Shown here: positions 58,709-64,000 of the stretch, in pieces | How positions within the stretch are numbered: position 1 is the stretch's first letter | How the letters are laid out: each line of letters begins with the position of its first letter | Assembly (NCBI GenBank): GCA_947647275.1 | Contig: CANSJQ010000005.1 | Span: 16,095-80,094 of the forward strand | Origin: an uncultured Clostridiaceae bacterium | GTDB taxonomy: Bacteria; Bacillota; Clostridia; TANB77; CAG-508 | DNA: 64,000 nt | Direction: 5' to 3' | The notes under the pieces: model-generated | Databases searched by the model: none | Seen by the model: the letters and a program-made list of their open reading frames with translations, nothing else | What the model was told of the DNA's origin: nothing | Program-made: the position numbers and the translations under genes

Positions 58709-59911
58709 ATGCCAAAAACAAAATATAAAAAAAGAGCTGATGGAAGATATAGAGGCTCTGTCGTGGTTGGTAAAACTAAAGAAGGTAAAGAAATTAGAAA
58801 ATATGCTTATGGTCATACTATTACAGAACTAGAAAATAACCTATCAGAACTAAGAGTTTTATATAATAAAGGTGTTGTAATAAGAGATGAAGGGTTAACA
58901 TTAGCTGAATGGTCTGATACTTGGTTAAAAACATATAAATGTAATGTAGAAGATAATACTAAAAAGATGTATGAAGATTGCATAAGACTTTATATAAAGC
59001 CTGAAATTGGTCATTTAAAGCTAAAAAATATTAAGGAAAATCATATATCATCTTTACTTGAAAAAATGCAAAATAGAGGCATTGGCAGAAGAACTGAAAT
59101 GACACTTTTAACAATAAAACAAATATTAAAAAAAGCTGTAAAAAACGATTATATTTCTAAAAATGTTGCTGAAGATGTGACATTAAATAAAAGAGTAATA
59201 GAAGAAAAGCGTCCTCTTTCCACAGAAGAATTACGACTTGTGGAAAAAGTTGCAAGAAATCATAAATATGGAACTTTTATTATGACTATTATATATACTG
59301 GTATGCGTAGAGAAGAAATTGTCCCATTAACTTTTAAAGACATTGATTTAATAAATCATTCTATTAGCATAAATAAAGCTGTGTATTTTGAAAAAGGCAA
59401 AGTAAATAAAATTAAATCTACTAAAAATAAACGCACTAGGACAGTTCCTATTCTAAATAATATATATCCGCTTCTTAGTAAATTAAAAAGTAAAGCACAT
59501 AGTGATAATGAACTGGTATTTCCGAAAAAAGACGGACAAATTAGAACTGAAAGTTCATTAAAAAGAACATTAGAAAGTTTTTTACTAGCCGTAAACAAGG
59601 AATATGAAAAACAACAAAAAGAACTTAATAAAGATTTTGTACTTACAGATGAAAACAAAATACATTTTTCATATCACCCATTAAGACATACTTTTGCTTG
59701 TATTTTATATAAAGCTAATGTTCCTCTAAAAGATGCACAAGAATTAATGGGGCATCAAGATATTAAAATACTTTTAAATATATATACACATTTAGATAAA
59801 CAAGATAAAGAAAATGCTAGAAATAAATTAAATGAATTTATTAATTCTAAAAATAAAATTAAAAAGTTTACGGGGTCAAAACGGGGTCAAAAGAAAAATT
59901 ATAAACCTTAA
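58709..59911 (+). CDS. int: Tyrosine recombinase/phage integrase
   Basis: 400 aa with C-terminal catalytic R..HxxR..Y (HPLRHTFACIL..LMGHQDIKILLNIYTHL). Adjacent to attR. Confidence 0.85.
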   Translation: MPKTKYKKRADGRYRGSVVVGKTKEGKEIRKYAYGHTITELENNLSELRVLYNKGVVIRDEGLTLAEWSDTWLKTYKCNVEDNTKKMYEDCIRLYIKPEIGHLKLKNIKENHISSLLEKMQNRGIGRRTEMTLLTIKQILKKAVKNDYISKNVAEDVTLNKRVIEEKRPLSTEELRLVEKVARNHKYGTFIMTIIYTGMRREEIVPLTFKDIDLINHSISINKAVYFEKGKVNKIKSTKNKRTRTVPILNNIYPLLSKLKSKAHSDNELVFPKKDGQIRTESSLKRTLESFLLAVNKEYEKQQKELNKDFVLTDENKIHFSYHPLRHTFACILYKANVPLKDAQELMGHQDIKILLNIYTHLDKQDKENARNKLNEFINSKNKIKKFTGSKRGQKKNYKP

Positions 59912-59953
59912 AGTTAGCTAGTACCAGTCATCTTAACAAATTCGCTTATATGT

Positions 59954-59998
59954 TTTCTAATCCGTGGGTCGGGGGTTCGAATCCCTCCTGGATCACCA
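59954..59998 (+). repeat. attR: 45-bp direct repeat copy of the tRNA-Arg 3' end
   Basis: Identical to 21933-21977. Followed by host terminator hairpin at 60003-60035 (aaaaccgccatttcaatacttatggcggttttt). Confidence 0.85.
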
Positions 59999-60349
59999 AG
60001 TAAAAACCGCCATTTCAATACTTATGGCGGTTTTTATTTTTTATCCATATTGTTTTATTTGTCTCACATTTGCTTTCATTTTTTGCTCTTGACTATTTTG
60101 GGTATTATCTTTTACAGTTTGAATATATTTATTATTTTTTTCGTTTTCTATCTTGAAACCTCTACTGTTTAAAGTCAGTCAAGTATATTTTCTTGTACTA
60201 AGAAATAGCTGTTTTAATCTCTAATTAAAAAATGTCACAAGTTAATAGCTTTGAACTAATACTAATAATTTTGGAGAATATTGTGCTACTAATTACACTA
60301 AACTTGTATAAAAAACACTTACAAGAATGTAAGTGTTTTTTATTTTATA

Positions 60350-61003
60350 TTAATTATCTAAATTATCTATTGCATATTGTGCTTCTTCTTTTGTAAATTT
60401 TTCTCCATATTGAGATATTAATTGGTCATATATAGCATTTTTAGACATATTCATTGTAGTTTGATATGATTTTGCTTTTTCTAGTGCGTTAGCTTTGAAA
60501 TCTGCTTGCATATTATCTATTGCATATTGTGCTGCATCCGCTGGAAATTTTTCTCCATATTCAGAAGTTAATTGGTCATAAATAGCTTGTTTAGACATAT
60601 GCATCATTTTAGAATATGATTCTGCTTTTTTAAGTGCATTTTTTTCTTCTGTAGAAGGTTCTTTTCCTAATGAATATATTACTATAATTTTATCTCCTTC
60701 ATAAATCACTGTATTAGCATCTATGCTTTGTTTTACAAAATTTCCCTTTGCTACACTAGTAGAATATTCATCAGATATTTCACCATTTATTTTACTTGTA
60801 TTAAACCAAGACTCTACTTCATCTCTTGTCATTGTACTAAAATCAGCTACTACTACTTCTACATTATTATTCTTTTTATAAGTATTTTTTGATGTAGTTT
60901 GATTATTATTTGAAGAACTTCCTACACCTATTATAATAATTAGTAATATAATCATTAGCCAAAAATACCACTTTTTGTAAATGGGCTTCTTTTCTTTTTC
61001 CAT
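60350..61003 (-). CDS. ltp: Ltp-family lipoprotein (host cell surface-exposed lipoprotein, phage superinfection-exclusion type)
   Basis: Signal/TM N-terminus then two Ltp repeats (..SKQAIYDQLTSEYGEKFPADAAQYAIDN.. and ..SKNAIYDQLISQYGEKFTKEEAQYAIDN..). Confidence 0.65.
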   Translation of the reverse strand: MEKEKKPIYKKWYFWLMIILLIIIIGVGSSSNNNQTTSKNTYKKNNNVEVVVADFSTMTRDEVESWFNTSKINGEISDEYSTSVAKGNFVKQSIDANTVIYEGDKIIVIYSLGKEPSTEEKNALKKAESYSKMMHMSKQAIYDQLTSEYGEKFPADAAQYAIDNMQADFKANALEKAKSYQTTMNMSKNAIYDQLISQYGEKFTKEEAQYAIDNLDN

Positions 61004-61244
61004 AATTATTCCTCCTTTTTTATATTATACTAAAAGCCCTTCACTAAAATCCAGACATTTACAAATTATTTTTCATATTCATTAAATTCTTTTATCTACT
61101 TACTTTTTAAATATTTATGCAGACTACAATTTAATGAAGAAAAGTTCAGAAAACACTAAAAAAACAGCTATTTTTATAAATATAGCTGTTTTTTCTTTTT
61201 TATTTATATTATCTTATTTTCTTCTATATAAAAATTTTACAAAT

Positions 61245-61631
61245 TTATTCTGTTTTATTTCTTTTATTTATTTCTTTATTAACTTTTAGTCTTATATATT
61301 TCCATTCGAGCTCAGTTATATATTTCATAGATTCAGTTGATAATAAATTATTCTCCTTTGCATATTTATTCCATTCTTCTAATTCTGGAAATTTACCATT
61401 TCTTATTGTAATTTTTATTAATTCTTTATAACTTGCATCGTAAAATGTTTTCATCTTGCTATTAATTGGGAATTTTCTTACTTGCATTGATAATGAATAG
61501 TAATGATTTATTAATTTATCTATTTCATTACTTAACTCTATTATTTGTTTATCATTTAGTTTGTCTTGTTGTATTCCATTATTTAATTTACTTTGCAAAT
61601 TTTTTATTTCATGATTTAATTTTCTCTCCAT
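61245..61631 (-). CDS. Hypothetical protein
   Basis: 128-aa ORF. Confidence 0.35.
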   Translation of the reverse strand: MERKLNHEIKNLQSKLNNGIQQDKLNDKQIIELSNEIDKLINHYYSLSMQVRKFPINSKMKTFYDASYKELIKITIRNGKFPELEEWNKYAKENNLLSTESMKYITELEWKYIRLKVNKEINKRNKTE

Positions 61632-61852
61632 TTATCATCACCACACATCCATAATTATAAGATATATGTCTTTACTAAATTAGCCTTAGTATTTTCTATT
61701 ATACTATTCTGCCTTTTCATATATTATACACCTTTATGTTAACAAGCTGTGTCGAATACTGTCGATTAAGTTAAAAAAATACAGAATTGATTTCATTACA
61801 ATTCTGTATTTTTATTAATTTTTTTACTACAACTATTAATTAATTATGTTAT

Positions 61853-63256
61853 TTAGTTTTCCCAAAATGCTTTATAACCTTTATATGCTTCATAAATATC
61901 AAATTTACTTGTTACTTCATATGGTGCATGCATTGAAAGTACAGGTACTCCACAATCTATTACATCTACACCTTTATTTGCTAATATATAGGCTATAGTT
62001 CCTCCTCCGCCAATATCTATTCTTCCTAACTCAGCAAATTCATATTTTACATTGTTTTCTTCAAATATTCCTCTTACTTGTGCTACAAATTCCGCATTAG
62101 CATCTGATGCTCCTGATTTTCCTCTTGCTCCTGTATATTTATTAAGTCCTAATCCTCTTCCTATATACCCTGCATTATTTTTTTCATATGCTGAAGCAAA
62201 TGTTGGGTCATATGCTGCATCTACATCTGCTGATAACATCTTTGAATTAACAAAGATTTTATCTAATAAATTTGGTCTATTTATACCTAATCTATTTAAG
62301 ATTTCTGATATAAATGTATCAAATACATGAGATTCCATTCCTGTATTTCCCATACTACCTATTTCTTCTTTATCTGATACTATACATACTGCTGTCGTTC
62401 GTGGTTTTTCTATATCCATCAGTGCTTTTATTGATGTATATACACACACTTTATCATCTTGACCATAACCTGCTACCATACTTCTATCTAACCCCATTGT
62501 TTTACTGTTAAACGCTGGTACCAATTCTATTTCTGAACTTACAAAGTCTACTTCTGTTATTCCATATTTATCATTTAATATTTTTAATATATTTAATTTA
62601 ACTGCTTCTGACACATTTTCACCATTATATGGAATACTTCCTATAAGTAAATTTAATTCTTCTCCTTTTATTCCTTCTTTTAGCTTTCTTTCCATTTGTT
62701 CTGAAGCTAAATGTGGTAAAAGGTCTGTTATTGTAAATATTGGGTCATTTTCATCTTCTCCAATATTTATTTCTACTTTTTCTCCATTTGCTTTTACTAT
62801 TACTCCATGTATACTAAGTGGAATTGTTGTCCATTGATATTTTTTTATTCCTCCATAATAGTGTGTTTTTAAGAATGCTAAACCAGAATCTTCGTATAAT
62901 GGATTTGGTTTTAAGTCTAACCTTGGAGAATCTGCATGTGCTCCTATTATATTTATTCCATTTTCTATAGTTTCCTCACCTATTATTGCAAGATACATAC
63001 TTTTATCTCTATTTATATAATAAACTTTATCTCCTGATTTTAAATTTGAAAATTCACGAATATTCCTAAACCCATTACTTTGTGCTATTTCTTTTACACT
63101 TTTTATAATTTCTCTTTCAGTTTTTGATTTATTTAAAAATTCAATATATCCATCACAAAAATTAAATATATTTTCTTTTATCCCTTCTTCTATTCCTTCC
63201 CATCCTGTTTTTGTTTTTCTAAATAAACTATCTTTTAATTTTTCTGTTTCTGTCAT
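61853..63256 (-). CDS. M18-family aminopeptidase
   Basis: 467 aa with ..IIGAHADSPRLDLKPNP.. and ..GSIP.. motifs typical of M18/M42 aminopeptidases. Confidence 0.75.
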   Translation of the reverse strand: MTETEKLKDSLFRKTKTGWEGIEEGIKENIFNFCDGYIEFLNKSKTEREIIKSVKEIAQSNGFRNIREFSNLKSGDKVYYINRDKSMYLAIIGEETIENGINIIGAHADSPRLDLKPNPLYEDSGLAFLKTHYYGGIKKYQWTTIPLSIHGVIVKANGEKVEINIGEDENDPIFTITDLLPHLASEQMERKLKEGIKGEELNLLIGSIPYNGENVSEAVKLNILKILNDKYGITEVDFVSSEIELVPAFNSKTMGLDRSMVAGYGQDDKVCVYTSIKALMDIEKPRTTAVCIVSDKEEIGSMGNTGMESHVFDTFISEILNRLGINRPNLLDKIFVNSKMLSADVDAAYDPTFASAYEKNNAGYIGRGLGLNKYTGARGKSGASDANAEFVAQVRGIFEENNVKYEFAELGRIDIGGGGTIAYILANKGVDVIDCGVPVLSMHAPYEVTSKFDIYEAYKGYKAFWEN

Positions 63257-63433
63257 CTTATTTTCCTTCCTTTCTTTTGTAATATCCTCTATATATTTTT
63301 TCTACTTTTTTTTATTATTTCCTTTTTTTAATAATTATATTATTTTTTAATATAATTAATTTGAATAGTATTTACAAATTTATTATTTTGTTGTTTAATT
63401 TATTTGTAGAAATTTAATAAATGAGGTAGAATT

Positions 63434-64000
63434 ATGTCAGAAGTAAAAGAGGGTTTAAAAGTAAATGAAATTTCTGAAGAAGAAATTGAAAAAGAAAATA
63501 AAACAGAAGAAGTTTTAACTACAGTAATTGAGAAAGAAGATGTAGAAGCTGATTCAGTAAGTAATATTAAAGAGCAAGACCAAATTACATTAGAAGAAGT
63601 TTCAGAAGAAAAAGAATTACAAATTAAGGAAGAAACTACAGAAAAAATTATAAAAGAAAAGAAAAATTATAATAAAAAACTTATAATACCTTTAGTTATA
63701 GTTGGTATTATTATACTTTTATTATTCTCAACTATTTTTGCAATAGCAAACTTAAATAATAATAAAATAATTTATGGTATATACATAAAAGGTATTGACG
63801 TTTCTGGCCTAACTAAAGAGGAAGCACTTGAAAAGCTTTCAAATGTTGTAAAGAAAAAATTAACAACACCTTTTGAACTAATACACAATGATTCAGTAAC
63901 TACCATAATTCCTGAACAATTAGGAGCTAGTTTTGATATTGAATCTAGCATAAATACTGCTTATAATATAGGTAGAGAAGATAATATTTTTAAAAATAAT
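63434..64000 (+). CDS. VanW-like protein, N-terminal part (continues beyond window)
   Basis: Acidic N-terminus, one TM helix, then ..IYGIYIKGIDVSGLTKEEALEKL.. like VanW/YoaR N-terminal domains. Confidence 0.45.
   Translation, partial: MSEVKEGLKVNEISEEEIEKENKTEEVLTTVIEKEDVEADSVSNIKEQDQITLEEVSEEKELQIKEETTEKIIKEKKNYNKKLIIPLVIVGIIILLLFSTIFAIANLNNNKIIYGIYIKGIDVSGLTKEEALEKLSNVVKKKLTTPFELIHNDSVTTIIPEQLGASFDIESSINTAYNIGREDNIFKNN

Larger units (their letters stand above)
21978..59953. mobile_element. Integrated temperate siphovirus-type prophage (~38 kb) in tRNA-Arg(TCT)
   Basis: Bounded by the 45-bp tRNA-derived direct repeats. Tyrosine integrase, cI/cro switch, and full replication, packaging, head, tail and lysis modules lie between them. 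Confidence 0.85.

Overview
Very AT-rich (roughly 25-30% GC by eye) Firmicutes/Clostridium-like chromosomal segment. The left ~22 kb carries housekeeping and sporulation genes, mostly on the minus strand: the 5' part of pcrA, an XRE regulator, LMW-PTP, prfA, a YhaO/YhaN-type SbcD/SbcC-like pair, an orphan VirD4/TraG-type coupling ATPase, a DnaJ-domain protein, ddl, a MurF-like ligase with an N-terminal membrane domain, an alpha/beta hydrolase, an alpha/beta-type SASP, sleB-ypeB, a UgtP-like glycosyltransferase, yhbY and tRNA-Arg(TCT). Coordinates 21978-59953 are a ~38 kb siphovirus-type prophage inserted in the 3' end of tRNA-Arg, with a 45-bp attL/attR direct repeat. The prophage has lysogeny (int, cI-S24 repressor, cro, xis), replication/recombination (RecT, MBL-fold, replisome organizer with internal iterons), packaging (TerS, TerL, HNH), head (portal, ClpP-like protease, MCP), tail (MTP, G/GT chaperones with a canonical -1 slippery site, TMP, fibres including a dockerin-bearing protein) and lysis (XhlA, holin, amidase) modules. 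It also carries two phage tRNAs (Trp-CCA, Gln-TTG) and a left-end moron region with a candidate type I toxin and a duplicated promoter-operator unit. Right of attR lie an Ltp lipoprotein gene next to a tRNA-Trp fragment (likely an older prophage remnant), an M18 aminopeptidase and the start of a VanW-like gene. At least five genes show apparent frameshifts at or near homopolymer runs, which suggests indel errors in the sequence rather than real pseudogenes. No CRISPR array, rRNA or transposase was seen. The least explained element is a ~350-nt GC-rich structured island (19855-20215) with three tandem Shine-Dalgarno/mini-ORF modules upstream of ugtP.
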